Source: an uncultured virus (IMG/VR IMGVR_UViG_3300043539_001111)
Lineage: Duplodnaviria > Heunggongvirae > Uroviricota > Caudoviricetes
IMG/VR virus record: IMGVR_UViG_3300043539_001111
Coordinates: 1-64,000 of that record
DNA length: 64,000 nucleotides
Direction: 5' to 3' (one strand)
In this document: in pieces, positions 47,120-58,112 of the stretch
How the letters are laid out: every line of letters begins with the position of its first letter
Position numbering within the stretch: the first letter of the stretch is position 1
The notes under the pieces: generated by a model
The model's input: only the letters and a program-made list of their open reading frames with translations
Database searches by the model: none
What the model was told of the DNA's origin: nothing
Translations under genes and position numbers: made by a program

Positions 47120-48469
47120 ATGGGAAATAATTTAAAACCGATTGGTAGCGAAAAATTACAAGGTATGGAGAAAATTCAACGTATCATGGAAATCGCAAAA
47201 TACAATGAAAACATACCTACACCGATAAATGAGAACACATCAGTTGACTATAATAGAACATTAGCCGACGGTAGAAATTATCAAATTATTAAAGAAAAAA
47301 ATGGTTATATCATTAAAAGAAGTTTGACTGAATCTACTGATGAAGTGGATTATTTAGAGCCAATGAAAAATAGAAAGTATTATTCATCTTATTCTCAAGC
47401 GTTCAAAAGGCTTAACTTAATTGCAAAAGAAGTAAATGTTAATGAAGGTCAAGAGGCTAACGTTAATTTATTTTATGAAAATGATGCTACCAAGTATATT
47501 TTAAAAATGAAAGGTGGAGAAACAGAAGAACAAGCACCGGCACCGGCTCCAGCTCCCGCTCCGGCACCTGCTCCGGCTCCCGCTCCGGCTCCCGCTCCGG
47601 CTCCCGCTCCGGCACCTGCTCCGGCACCTGAAGACGAATTTGATATTGATGATACAGAAGAACTTGATTTAGGTGATGACGAAATGGATACTGAAGATGA
47701 CGAAATTGTTACGTTAAAAGTTATTCAAAAGTTAACCGGTAAATTGGCTCAAAAATTAAGAGCGTTTGAAGATGCTCAAGAAGACGAACCAATGACTTCT
47801 AAAGACATTAAGTATGTTATTAACTCAATCTTATCAGCTTTAGATTTAGCATCTTTAGATGAGGAAGATAAAGAAGAAATAATGAATAAATTTGAAGATA
47901 TTGAAGCTGACGATTATTTAGGTGGTGACGATATGGATGGTGAAGATTTAACTGATGATAGTGAAGTTGAAGATATCCAAGCTGATATGGATGTAGAACC
48001 TGAAATGGCCGAAGGATTTATGTATGATGACGTTGACGAAGATAATCCTGATGATTTTGAATTTGATTTTGAAGTAGAAGACGAATTACCTTCTCACCCA
48101 AGACATAGAAGATTAAGACCTCATTCAATGAAAGACAGCCACGCTGACCGTTTAGAAGGTATGTTTGAAGGTATGTTCACAGAATCAAAAGTTGATGAAG
48201 TATTAAGAGGTTATTTTAAAATAGACCAAAAAGAAAAACAATTAATTGAAAATAAAAAACAAAAAGTTAATTTAATTAAAGAAGATAGAAAAAATAAGAT
48301 TTCTAAAATCAAACAAATTTCTGAAAGTATTTCTCAAGAAGTTGCTTCTACAAAATTAATAACAAAATATCCGGGAGCGAAATTAGTTGGTAAAACTAAC
48401 AAACATAACTTGGTATTTGAAATGAATAATAAACAACTTAGAGTAAACACTAAAGGTGAGATACTATGA
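47120..48469 (+). CDS. acidic putative head-assembly protein with (AP)n linker
   Basis: 449-aa ORF upstream of terminase. Confidence 0.75.
   Translation: MGNNLKPIGSEKLQGMEKIQRIMEIAKYNENIPTPINENTSVDYNRTLADGRNYQIIKEKNGYIIKRSLTESTDEVDYLEPMKNRKYYSSYSQAFKRLNLIAKEVNVNEGQEANVNLFYENDATKYILKMKGGETEEQAPAPAPAPAPAPAPAPAPAPAPAPAPAPAPAPEDEFDIDDTEELDLGDDEMDTEDDEIVTLKVIQKLTGKLAQKLRAFEDAQEDEPMTSKDIKYVINSILSALDLASLDEEDKEEIMNKFEDIEADDYLGGDDMDGEDLTDDSEVEDIQADMDVEPEMAEGFMYDDVDEDNPDDFEFDFEVEDELPSHPRHRRLRPHSMKDSHADRLEGMFEGMFTESKVDEVLRGYFKIDQKEKQLIENKKQKVNLIKEDRKNKISKIKQISESISQEVASTKLITKYPGAKLVGKTNKHNLVFEMNNKQLRVNTKGEIL
47534..47630 (+). repeat. (Ala-Pro)n hexamer repeat
   Basis: GCNCCN about 16 times. Confidence 0.9.
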
Positions 48470-48876
48470 GTTATTTAATATATGTTAACGAATTAGGACC
48501 AAATTATAAAGGGGATAACATATATGAATTTATTTTCTCGGATAGTTTGGAAAACATTTGGGGTGAAAACTGGGATGCTAAACCATCCAACAGATACCCA
48601 CTCCCACCTGATTTAGAACACATAAAAAAAGTAGGAGTTTTGAAGAATGATATGATAACCATGTCAGTAATTCAAAACTCTGATTATTTTTCGATGATTG
48701 ATTCTATGGATGGGATAATTGCTTTGGGGTATGAAAATGAAAGTGATGACGTTGATTTTGATAGACAAACTAGATTAGTATTTTCGTTTGGTGAAACAGA
48801 AGAATCAGTAAAAAATAAATTATATGAACGAGACATCGTTTTAGAATTTGAAAAAAAAGTTGTATATGAACACTAA
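48466..48876 (+). CDS. hypothetical protein
   Basis: ORF track. Confidence 0.75.
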   Translation: MSYLIYVNELGPNYKGDNIYEFIFSDSLENIWGENWDAKPSNRYPLPPDLEHIKKVGVLKNDMITMSVIQNSDYFSMIDSMDGIIALGYENESDDVDFDRQTRLVFSFGETEESVKNKLYERDIVLEFEKKVVYEH

Positions 48877-49879
48877 TCAAAAAAAATTGAAACTTATTAA
48901 AGAAGGATTTAAAGCTTCAACATTACAATATTTGTCGGATAAACAAATTAACGCATTATTCAATAGATTACAAGAACAAGTTAGTGCTGTAACAGAACCT
49001 GCCAAAAAAGGGTATAAAATTGGTGAAAAAGGTGGTAACTTACCTGCGGCGCCTAAAGGTTATAATATTAATAAAAATACTGATGGTAGTATAACTGCGA
49101 TACCTAATGAACAAAAAGATTTAGGTGAAGATACTGAAGTAGATAAAGATGACGAAGATAAAGGTGAAGTAAGTCAAGACCCTGTACAAGTACAAGGACC
49201 TGATGGAATGGATGATGATTCGGATAACCAACTTCAAGAAAAATTTGAATCTAAAAGTCAACAAAAATATTTCTTTGCAAGATGTAATGATAAAACACAA
49301 TCTAAAAAAATTAGAGATAAGTGGTGTAGAATGGCTGATGAGTTTGCTAAAGATACCAAATTTAATAAATTACCTGAAAAGAAAAAAGAACCAAAAGAAA
49401 ATTTTAGTTTTGACGATTATACTAAAAAAGTAGGTGCGGCATTGGCAGGTGGAATGAAAAATAATTTGACTAAAATATCTCCAAGTGTTAATATTGGTGA
49501 AAACGAAATAGAAAAACAAATTATGAGATTAGTTGAAAAACATATAACACCTAAAATGTCTAAAAAAGATTTTTTAAGTTTAATTGGTGAGGACACAAAA
49601 ACTGCTCCGGCAAAACCAAAAGTTAAACCGGGGACAAAACCGGGAACAGATTCACCATACAAACCTAAACCGGGTGTTAAACCAGCTCCTAAAGCTAAAA
49701 AAGAAATTGACGAAGATACTAAAACGGCGCCTGTAAAACCAAAAGTTAAACCAGGTACAAGACCGGGAACAGATTCTCCTTACAAACCTAAACCGGGTGC
49801 TAAACCGGCACCTAAAGCTATTAAAAAAGAATTACCTACTTGGTTATCGTTTGATAGTATAGGTCTTAAAATTGATTAA
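48866..49879 (+). CDS. K/P-rich hypothetical protein with internal ~36-aa duplication
   Basis: EDTKTAP.KPKVKPGT.PGTDSPYKPKPG.KPAPKA twice. Confidence 0.75.
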   Translation: MNTNQKKLKLIKEGFKASTLQYLSDKQINALFNRLQEQVSAVTEPAKKGYKIGEKGGNLPAAPKGYNINKNTDGSITAIPNEQKDLGEDTEVDKDDEDKGEVSQDPVQVQGPDGMDDDSDNQLQEKFESKSQQKYFFARCNDKTQSKKIRDKWCRMADEFAKDTKFNKLPEKKKEPKENFSFDDYTKKVGAALAGGMKNNLTKISPSVNIGENEIEKQIMRLVEKHITPKMSKKDFLSLIGEDTKTAPAKPKVKPGTKPGTDSPYKPKPGVKPAPKAKKEIDEDTKTAPVKPKVKPGTRPGTDSPYKPKPGAKPAPKAIKKELPTWLSFDSIGLKID

Positions 49880-49881
49880 TC

Positions 49882-51240
49882 ATGAGTTTAAATATAAAAA
49901 TAGAAGAGATTTTAAAAGCTAAAACAAAATTAGAAAGAAAATTATCTGAAGGTACAATTACTAAAAATGAACGTTCATTACTTAAAGAAATTAAAAGTAG
50001 TTTAGTTGAAGCACCAATTGATTATGAAGGTCCTGAAAGAATGGAACCGGGTATCGAAAGAAAAATTACTTCAAAACAAACTCCATTTAATCAAAATCCA
50101 GCTTTACCAAAAGATGGTGATAAAGATTATATTGAAGTAATCTCCTCTAAACGTTTTAAGGATTCTGTAGACAAAGTAAGAAGATATTTGGGGGATACTA
50201 CCGCAATTCAAGGAAACAATCCAATGATGGGTCTAATGTCGACAGTAATGAATGGTTTGCAAAGAATTGTACAGGTTGAATCTCAAAATAAAGAATATCT
50301 TGAAAGATTAGCAGTTAATTTAGTTGTTAAAGAACTTGGTATTCCTGAAGGGTCATTACAATTCGATGCTCAATTAGTTCACGGACCTATGGCTGCGGCT
50401 CAAGGAATGCAGACAGAACCTCAACAACCTAGTGATGAAGAAGTTAAAGACGCATTTAAAAAGGCGGAAGACCATTCTGAAGAATTAGAGGATTTTGCTG
50501 ATGAATTTGAAAAATTTAATTTAGAAAAATCAAAAAGAAGATTAATTAACTCGTTAATACAAGGAGCGGCTTTTAAAGGTGGTCATATGTATGTGTTAGT
50601 TAGTGATGAATTAAGTAGATTAGACCCTAACTTACTTAATCATTATGGTGTTACACAAGCCCTTATGGAACACTTATATTGGTTATACCCGGATATGGAA
50701 GGTATGGCAGGTTCAGGTGGTGGACAAATGGGTCAAAGTGAAGTGGATGATGAAACAGACCCACCAACAGTTAAGGCAAGAGCTATGACGTTTCCATTAT
50801 TAGTTCACGAATTAGTGAAAGGTGTTTATGAAGTATTTGGAACACATGGTTTACCTGATGACCCAAAACAAGCCGAAATGGTTTTAGGGGCGGAAGATAC
50901 ATTACCTGCCGAAATATGGGATTCTAGATTAGGTCCAATATTTTGGGAAAAATTTTTAGAGGCGTATCCTGATAAATTGTTTGATGATGATATGAAACAC
51001 ATCCAACATTATTTATTTGTGAGATTCTCGAAACTATCAGCACAAGAGTTTTTAAGAGTAGCTAAACTAATATTAGAAGGAAACCCACAAGGTGCTCAAT
51101 TTATTCAAAGAATGGTTGACGAAATCGTTAATGATTTGAAAAAAGATGAGTATGATGAAAAAATGGGTGACGATAATGATGATGACGACTACGGTGACGA
51201 CGACTTGGATGATTTTGATTTGTCGGCACTTGGGTTCTAA
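49882..51240 (+). CDS. hypothetical protein preceding terminase
   Basis: 452-aa ORF. Confidence 0.8.
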   Translation: MSLNIKIEEILKAKTKLERKLSEGTITKNERSLLKEIKSSLVEAPIDYEGPERMEPGIERKITSKQTPFNQNPALPKDGDKDYIEVISSKRFKDSVDKVRRYLGDTTAIQGNNPMMGLMSTVMNGLQRIVQVESQNKEYLERLAVNLVVKELGIPEGSLQFDAQLVHGPMAAAQGMQTEPQQPSDEEVKDAFKKAEDHSEELEDFADEFEKFNLEKSKRRLINSLIQGAAFKGGHMYVLVSDELSRLDPNLLNHYGVTQALMEHLYWLYPDMEGMAGSGGGQMGQSEVDDETDPPTVKARAMTFPLLVHELVKGVYEVFGTHGLPDDPKQAEMVLGAEDTLPAEIWDSRLGPIFWEKFLEAYPDKLFDDDMKHIQHYLFVRFSKLSAQEFLRVAKLILEGNPQGAQFIQRMVDEIVNDLKKDEYDEKMGDDNDDDDYGDDDLDDFDLSALGF

Positions 51241-51255
51241 AAACCAAACCGACTT

Positions 51256-53025
51256 ATGTCAAATTTAACAAAAGAACAAGTATTAATTGAATACGTAAAA
51301 TGTAATCGAGATGTTGAATACGCACTTAGAACGTATTTAGAAACATATGATAATACGGTTAAAAAATATGTTCCATTAGAACTTTTTCCTGACCAATTAT
51401 CTTTATTAGAAGATTACGAAGAATACAATGAAAACATTGCATTAAAGTACAGACAGGCCGGGGTATCAACAGTTACCGCGGCTTGGATGTCACGAAAGTT
51501 AGTATTCGCAAGAAAAGAAACCCCCGAAAAAATATTGATTATCGCCAATAAGTTGGATACTTCACTGGAGATGGCTAATAAAATAAAAGCGTTCGTTGCT
51601 CAATGGCCGTCTTGGACAGGTGTAGATTTTGATAAAGCAAAAAATTCCCAAAAACATTATAAATTAACAAATGGTTGTGAGGTTAAAGCCGTTGCGACAT
51701 CGAAAGATGCCTTGCGTGGGTTTACACCAACAATACTTGTATTTGACGAGGCGGCGTTTATCGAAGCTGACAGTGACTTTTGGGCTGCTTGTATGGCGTC
51801 CCTATCTACGGGGGGTAAAGTAATTGTTGTTTCAACTCCAAACGGATACGACCCAATTTACTACGAAATATATGACCAAGCATTACGTAATATGAATGAC
51901 TTCAAAATTACCGAGATGTTTTGGTATCGTGACCCACGTTATACTAAAGATTTATTCTTGGTAAAAACTGATGATATAATTCATTTCCTATTGAATAAAG
52001 AAGATTATAAACCAGATGAATTTCTTGATTGGTCTAAAATACCTTATGAAAATAGAAATTATAAAGAGTTAAGAATTATTATGGATGCCGGGTATAAACC
52101 TTGTTCATCTTGGTTTGAGGCGATGGTTAAGAAATTAAAATACGATAAACGTAAAGTATCCCAAGAGTTAGAATGTAACTTCTTAGGTTCGGGGGATAAC
52201 GTATTTGATTCTCTTATGATGCAAAAGATTCGTGAAAATATGATTCTTGAACCTATATCAAAGTTAATGGGGAATGCTCTTTGGATTTGGAAAGAACCTG
52301 TGATTGGACATAAATACATTATGGGTGTCGACGTTTCTCGTGGGGATTCTGAAGATTTTAGTTCATTCCAAATTGTCGATTTTGATACTCAAGAACAAGT
52401 CGCTGAGTATGTGGGTAAATTACCTCCGGACACTATGGCGGAAATTTGTCACAAATGGGCGACAAACTATTCTTGTTTTGTGGTAATAGATATCACTGGA
52501 GGTATGGGTGTTTCAACATCAAGAAAACTTCAAGAAATGAATTATAAAGATTTATATGTTGATGGTGTTGACACGGCAAACAAATGGAAATACGACCCAA
52601 AAGCTGCGGAGAAAATTCCGGGAATAAACTTTAATAATAAAAGAGTTCAAATTATTGCTTCGTTTGAAGAAGTAATGAGACATGGATTTAGAATTTATAG
52701 TTCTCGTTTGTATAATGAAATGAATACATTTATTTATATGAATGGTAGACCTGACCACCAAAAAGGTCATCACGACGATTTAATCATGTCTATTGCGATG
52801 GCAACCTACGTTGCTGAATCATCGTTTAGTAAATTAACTAAAGTTACTGAACATACTAAAGCGATGATTGATTCTTGGGCGGTCACTAATAATGACAATG
52901 TAAGTGAATCATTAGCGTTTAACCCCGTAATACCAAATACTCGAGAAAGAATTGGTCAATTTAGTAATGGAAATATAAGTCGAGACGATTATATGAAATA
53001 TGGCTGGTTATTTGGTACAAGATAA
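51256..53025 (+). CDS. terL: terminase large subunit (T4 gp17-like)
   Basis: KYRQAGVST, VFDEAAF, VSTPNG, GVDVSRG, HDDLIMS. Confidence 0.95.
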   Translation: MSNLTKEQVLIEYVKCNRDVEYALRTYLETYDNTVKKYVPLELFPDQLSLLEDYEEYNENIALKYRQAGVSTVTAAWMSRKLVFARKETPEKILIIANKLDTSLEMANKIKAFVAQWPSWTGVDFDKAKNSQKHYKLTNGCEVKAVATSKDALRGFTPTILVFDEAAFIEADSDFWAACMASLSTGGKVIVVSTPNGYDPIYYEIYDQALRNMNDFKITEMFWYRDPRYTKDLFLVKTDDIIHFLLNKEDYKPDEFLDWSKIPYENRNYKELRIIMDAGYKPCSSWFEAMVKKLKYDKRKVSQELECNFLGSGDNVFDSLMMQKIRENMILEPISKLMGNALWIWKEPVIGHKYIMGVDVSRGDSEDFSSFQIVDFDTQEQVAEYVGKLPPDTMAEICHKWATNYSCFVVIDITGGMGVSTSRKLQEMNYKDLYVDGVDTANKWKYDPKAAEKIPGINFNNKRVQIIASFEEVMRHGFRIYSSRLYNEMNTFIYMNGRPDHQKGHHDDLIMSIAMATYVAESSFSKLTKVTEHTKAMIDSWAVTNNDNVSESLAFNPVIPNTRERIGQFSNGNISRDDYMKYGWLFGTR

Positions 53026-53045
53026 TATTTATCAAATAAACATAA

Positions 53046-53549
53046 ATGGGTATTACCGATAGAAAAACTTCTACTTTAAATAATAGTATAACATTTGATG
53101 CAAATGCAGATTTGTATGCTAATGCAACTCTTAATTTGGGTGTCGGTAAATCAGGTGGTTTTGTAAATCGAAAAAAATCAGGTAAAATTTTCGCAGGGTC
53201 TAGAATGGTTGTTCCTGGTCAAGATATTTTAAGTGTTAAAGTATTTGAACCTGATTTTAATAGACCTAGAACTATTGACACATTTAGTGGAGCTCTTCCA
53301 CCAACACCAACGGCAGAACCAACACCTACTCCAACACCTACACCACCACCAACGGGTACGCCAACACCTACGCCAACACCTACAATGACACCTTCACCAA
53401 TTGTTGAGATTTGTTACTTAGCGACTGAGGACTTTATCCGTATTATAGCAGAAAATGGTGATAACTTAATTGTTGATTGTGACCCGTTCCCAATACCTGT
53501 ACCACCGGTTAATTATCCAACGCCAACCCCCACACCAACAATCCCATGA
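53046..53549 (+). CDS. PT-repeat protein
   Basis: (PT)n tracts; YLATED..IIAENGDNLI motif. Confidence 0.65.
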   Translation: MGITDRKTSTLNNSITFDANADLYANATLNLGVGKSGGFVNRKKSGKIFAGSRMVVPGQDILSVKVFEPDFNRPRTIDTFSGALPPTPTAEPTPTPTPTPPPTGTPTPTPTPTMTPSPIVEICYLATEDFIRIIAENGDNLIVDCDPFPIPVPPVNYPTPTPTPTIP

Positions 53550-53606
53550 TGATATTTGGTTAATCTAAACTATTTATTAAAATAAAAAAATATTTAAATT
53601 TTTCAT

Positions 53607-55475
53607 ATGGAAAACAATCAAAATAATGATTTAACAGTTTGGCAAAGGTTATCCAAAGCATTTGGACCAAATTCGTTATTGAATCAAGATTATCCCGTAT
53701 ATCAGTTAGATAAGAAGGAATTATTAAAAACCACGTCTAAAGCCGAATACGAGAGAGAAAAATTACAGGCACAACAAACTTATTATCTAGCCAATCAATG
53801 GACTAAAATTGAAAGTAATTTATATACTCAAGCGGTATATTATGAACCAACTCGTTTAGCTTCATTTTATGATTATGAATCGATGGAGTATACTCCTGAA
53901 ATTTCTGCCGCTTTGGATATCTATGGTGAAGAATCAACAACTGTTGACCAAAATGGATATATGTTACAGATTTATTCTGAATCAAAAAGAATTAAAGGAA
54001 TCTTAACTGACTTATTTAACAACGTATTAGATTTAAATACTAATTTACCTATGTGGACAAGAAATACTTGTAAATATGGAGATAACTTCGTGTATCTAAA
54101 ATTGGATGCGGAAAAAGGCATTGTTGGGTGTATGCAATTACCAAACATTGAAATAGAACGTTTGGAGAGAGGTATGGCTGCGAAATCAGCAAATGTTGAA
54201 GAACCTGCGGATAGTAAAGGATTACGTTTCAAATGGAAAATTAAAGACATGGAATTCAATTCATGGGAGATTGCCCATTTTAGATTATTAGGTGATGATA
54301 GAAAACTTCCTTATGGTACTTCTATGTTGGAGAAAGCGAGACGTATTTGGAAACAATTATTACTTTCAGAAGATGCGATGTTGATTTATAGAACTTCAAG
54401 AGCTCCTGAAAGACGTGTATTTAAAGTTTATGTTGGTAATATGGACGATAAAGATGTTGAACCATATGTACAACGTGTGGCTAACAAATTTAAAAGAAGT
54501 CAAGTGGTTGATTCTCAAACAGGGAATGTAGATATGAGATTTAATCAAATGGCTGTTGACCAAGATTACTTTATTCCTGTTCGTGACCCTGCGGCACCAA
54601 GTCCAATTGATACCTTACCGGGAGCACAAAATTTGGCGGAGATTGCCGATATTGAATATATCCAAAAGAAATTATTAACAGCACTTCGTGTTCCTAAAGC
54701 GTTTTTAGGTTTTGAGGAAGTAACGGGTGATGGTAAAAATTTATCTTTAATGGATATTCGTTTCGCAAGAACAATTAATAGAATTCAAAAATCTATGATT
54801 GCCGAATTAAATAAAGTTGCAATTATTCATTTATTCTTATTAGGATTTGAGGATGAATTGTCAAACTTTACATTGGCTCTTACAAACCCATCATCTCAAG
54901 CAGATTTATTAAAAATTGATATTTGGAAAGAGAAAATTTTATTGTATAAAGATGCTGTTGCGGCTATCGAAGGTATCGCTCCGGTATCTGTTACATGGGC
55001 TAAGAAACACGTATTAGGATTCTCTGATGAAGAAATTAAATTAGATTTACAACAACAACGTATTGAAAAAGCGGTTGGTGCGGAATTAACTAATACCGCA
55101 ACCATAATTACTCATACGGGTGTATTTGATACTATAGATAAATTATACGCGAGTAAATCCGGAACTACGGCCGTTGGAGCGGCTGCTCCTGCCCCACCAC
55201 CTGGTGGAGGAGGTGGAGGAGGTCTTGAATCTGACTTAGGTGGAGGACTTGACTTAGGTGGAGAACCTGAACCGGGTGGAGCACCTGAACCGGGTGGAGC
55301 ACCGGCACCGGGTGGTGAAGCTGAAATAACTCCTGAATCAGTCAAACGAGATAATTTGAATATCTTATTGGAAAGTGGTAATCTAACTGAAGACGATTCT
55401 TACATTGATTTATCTCGAGCAAGAAATTCTTTAGGTGATATGGAAAAAGAATTGGATAAAATCTTAAATGATTGA
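53607..55475 (+). CDS. portal protein (T4 gp20-like)
   Basis: EDAMLIYRTSRAPERRVFKVYVGNM, DYFIPVR, IDTLPGAQNL. Confidence 0.95.
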   Translation: MENNQNNDLTVWQRLSKAFGPNSLLNQDYPVYQLDKKELLKTTSKAEYEREKLQAQQTYYLANQWTKIESNLYTQAVYYEPTRLASFYDYESMEYTPEISAALDIYGEESTTVDQNGYMLQIYSESKRIKGILTDLFNNVLDLNTNLPMWTRNTCKYGDNFVYLKLDAEKGIVGCMQLPNIEIERLERGMAAKSANVEEPADSKGLRFKWKIKDMEFNSWEIAHFRLLGDDRKLPYGTSMLEKARRIWKQLLLSEDAMLIYRTSRAPERRVFKVYVGNMDDKDVEPYVQRVANKFKRSQVVDSQTGNVDMRFNQMAVDQDYFIPVRDPAAPSPIDTLPGAQNLAEIADIEYIQKKLLTALRVPKAFLGFEEVTGDGKNLSLMDIRFARTINRIQKSMIAELNKVAIIHLFLLGFEDELSNFTLALTNPSSQADLLKIDIWKEKILLYKDAVAAIEGIAPVSVTWAKKHVLGFSDEEIKLDLQQQRIEKAVGAELTNTATIITHTGVFDTIDKLYASKSGTTAVGAAAPAPPPGGGGGGGLESDLGGGLDLGGEPEPGGAPEPGGAPAPGGEAEITPESVKRDNLNILLESGNLTEDDSYIDLSRARNSLGDMEKELDKILND

Positions 55476-55496
55476 TATTTATAATTAAAAAAGAAA

Positions 55497-56216
55497 ATGA
55501 CAAAGTTTGGTATATTAAAATCGAAGATAGAAAACGTATTACTTGAGTCGTATAAAAACGACACATTTAAAGACGAATTAAAAACATTTAAAAAACTTGT
55601 ATTAGAGAATAAAAATGTTAGTAAGATTTTCTATATGTATGATGAGTTAAACTCTAAAAAAGGTTTGAGTGAATCATATTCAAGAGAATACATCCACGAA
55701 TGTATTACTCTATATGAAAATGCTGTGAATAAAATTTTACCGGCAGATTTGAAAAAATTAAATATGTGGGTTAGAAATACTAAATCTAATAACTCATACG
55801 AAAATATCGATAACTTATTTTCAACAGATGTTTTAACCATTGAATCAAGAATTAAAAGTAAAAATTTAATTATTGAGAATTTGAAAAAACTTCCAATTAC
55901 AGAATCCAAAGGTATTGAACTTCCATTATCAACTATGGTTAGTGTTGCAAATAAAACTATTAAGAATTATATTGATACTTTAAGTGAATCTGACAAAGCT
56001 GAAATAGTTAAATTGTTATCTGAAGATGATGGTGAATTATCCGTGAAATATAACACCCTTAAAGAAAATGTAGTTGATAAATTAAAAGCAATGAAGAATT
56101 CGTCCGAAGATAATTCAGTGAAAACTAGAATTGATGAAACACTTACAAAAGTGTTATCAGAGAAGTACGACAAATTAACGTATTTTAAACTTAAAAGTTT
56201 AAACGAGAATCTTTAA
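55497..56216 (+). CDS. hypothetical protein in head module
   Basis: ORF track. Confidence 0.75.
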   Translation: MTKFGILKSKIENVLLESYKNDTFKDELKTFKKLVLENKNVSKIFYMYDELNSKKGLSESYSREYIHECITLYENAVNKILPADLKKLNMWVRNTKSNNSYENIDNLFSTDVLTIESRIKSKNLIIENLKKLPITESKGIELPLSTMVSVANKTIKNYIDTLSESDKAEIVKLLSEDDGELSVKYNTLKENVVDKLKAMKNSSEDNSVKTRIDETLTKVLSEKYDKLTYFKLKSLNENL

Positions 56217-56407
56217 TCGTTATCCGAATAATATTTTAATTGAACGTGTTTAGCCTTAGCTAACACGTTTCTTTTTTTTACGGAAGGTTTGATAAATTCT
56301 TTTCGCTTATTAAGTTCAGAACTTTGACGTGTCTTGATAACTTTACTTTTATAGAGTTTCAGTGCTTTCTCTATTGGTGTATTTTTATCTAATTTAACTA
56401 TTAACAT
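56213..56407 (-). CDS. rpsU: ribosomal protein bS21
   Basis: IEKALKLYKSKV..ELNKRKEFIKPSVKKR. Confidence 0.9.
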   Translation of the reverse strand: MLIVKLDKNTPIEKALKLYKSKVIKTRQSSELNKRKEFIKPSVKKRNVLAKAKHVQLKYYSDND

Positions 56408-56499
56408 ATATAACATATATATCAAAATAACAAAAAATTTGACCTGACCCCTTATTTTACCTATCTTTTTTAAAAATAAAAGGAAAAATATGAAAATTA

Positions 56500-56970
56500 A
56501 TGAAAAAGGGGAAAACCTCTCAACTAACAGGTTTCAAAACCGCGAAAGTTGTTTATGGGACAGTTGATTCTGTAAACTTGAAATCACTTTACTTAAACGT
56601 ACAAACATGGGTTGAACCAATCTATGAATCCGATAATTGGTCGAGAACAGTTTTAAATTTAAGTAGGGGTATTAAACACTCGGTTTACGAGTCGTTAAAT
56701 AATAAAATTTTTGATACAAAATTTATTGTAGATTTAGATTTAAGGTCAAGTGGATTAAATTTGGGTAAAAAATCATTTATGAATTTAGAAGTTAATTTCT
56801 ATGTTATAGAAGAAAACCTCGATTTTAAATCAAAACAAATTAAAGATACATTATTAAAAATTACAAATAAAATCTACAACGATAACTTTTATGACAACAA
56901 TTATTTTAAGTTTTATCTAACTAAAAAAATCAAATCCGTTAAAGATACGTTACAAACCGAAAATGTTTAA
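56500..56970 (+). CDS. hypothetical protein
   Basis: ORF track. Confidence 0.75.
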   Translation: MKKGKTSQLTGFKTAKVVYGTVDSVNLKSLYLNVQTWVEPIYESDNWSRTVLNLSRGIKHSVYESLNNKIFDTKFIVDLDLRSSGLNLGKKSFMNLEVNFYVIEENLDFKSKQIKDTLLKITNKIYNDNFYDNNYFKFYLTKKIKSVKDTLQTENV

Positions 56971-56993
56971 TATTTATTATTAAAACATTTAAA

Positions 56994-57719
56994 ATGAGTT
57001 TAAGAATATTACAACCGAACGAATCAGGAAAAGGTATATTAGTTGAATACGATGCCGGATATATTAATCCAAAGGATAATCGTAACGAAACATTAATAAG
57101 AGAATCTAATGAAATGTTAGACCACTCAAAACCATTTGAATTTTATGCTGTATTACAAAAATATGATACACCAAATAGAAATGGTCGATTATACCCTGAA
57201 CGTATATTAAAAAGAGAAGCTGATAATTATAAAAAAATGATTAAAAAGGGTACAGCTCTTTCAGAGTTAAATCACCCGGAATCATCTTTAATTGATTTAG
57301 ATAGAGTTTCTCACGCAATCACCGAAGTATGGTGGGAAGGTAATGTCCTAATGGGAAAGATTAAATTATTGACATCACCGGGATACCACGAAAGAGGTAT
57401 TTGTTCAACCAAAGGAGATTTGGCAGCAAATTACTTAAGACAAGGTGTTACTTTAGGTATATCGTCAAGAGGTGTAGGTTCTCTTAAAAAGATTGGTGAA
57501 CAAAATGAAGTACAAGACGATTTTGAATTAATTTGTTTTGACTTGGTGTCCTCACCTTCAACTCCGGGAGCGTATCTATTCTTAAATAAAGATGACAAAC
57601 ATCTGTATGACGAGAACTTAGAAGAAGAGAAAAAAATGAGTATTGAAAGACATGTTGGTGATTCAGGAAATAAATCACTTGACTTAATGAAAAAATTAAA
57701 CGATTATTTAGGATATTAA
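56994..57719 (+). CDS. prohead core protease (T4 gp21-like)
   Basis: NRNGRLYP, ELNHP, GISSRGVGS, DLVSSPSTPGA. Confidence 0.95.
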   Translation: MSLRILQPNESGKGILVEYDAGYINPKDNRNETLIRESNEMLDHSKPFEFYAVLQKYDTPNRNGRLYPERILKREADNYKKMIKKGTALSELNHPESSLIDLDRVSHAITEVWWEGNVLMGKIKLLTSPGYHERGICSTKGDLAANYLRQGVTLGISSRGVGSLKKIGEQNEVQDDFELICFDLVSSPSTPGAYLFLNKDDKHLYDENLEEEKKMSIERHVGDSGNKSLDLMKKLNDYLGY

Positions 57720-57736
57720 ACTAAATAGAAAAAATT

Positions 57737-57946
57737 ATGGACGAAAAGTATTTCATTGCAAAAATTACATTGGACTCAGTTGATGAGGCATCAGGTAAGA
57801 TTAAAAAATTAAGAGAAGAAAAATTAGTGAGTGGTTACAACCCAACTGACGTAGAGGCTAAAGTAACAAAAGTATTTGAGCATTATACAATGGAATGGAG
57901 AATCACAGCAATTGTTGAAAGTAAAATTGATGAAGTGATAGAATAA
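57737..57946 (+). CDS. hypothetical protein
   Basis: ORF track. Confidence 0.7.
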   Translation: MDEKYFIAKITLDSVDEASGKIKKLREEKLVSGYNPTDVEAKVTKVFEHYTMEWRITAIVESKIDEVIE

Positions 57947-58082
57947 GAATTTATATTCAATAATTAATTAAGGAGACAGAAATGTCTCCTTTTTTTATGC
58001 TTTTATTTTTTTGGTAATATTTATTAATATAAAAAACTCATTATCAAATTAGCAAAAATAATGCTTTTTTGATAATGGGAGA

Positions 58083-58089
58083 TATTTAT
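58083..58089 (+). promoter_or_regulatory. TATTTAT motif, candidate phage late promoter (representative copy)
   Basis: recurs shortly upstream of structural/late-type ORFs. Confidence 0.55.
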
Positions 58090-58112
58090 ATATTAAAATA
58101 ACTTAAACACAA

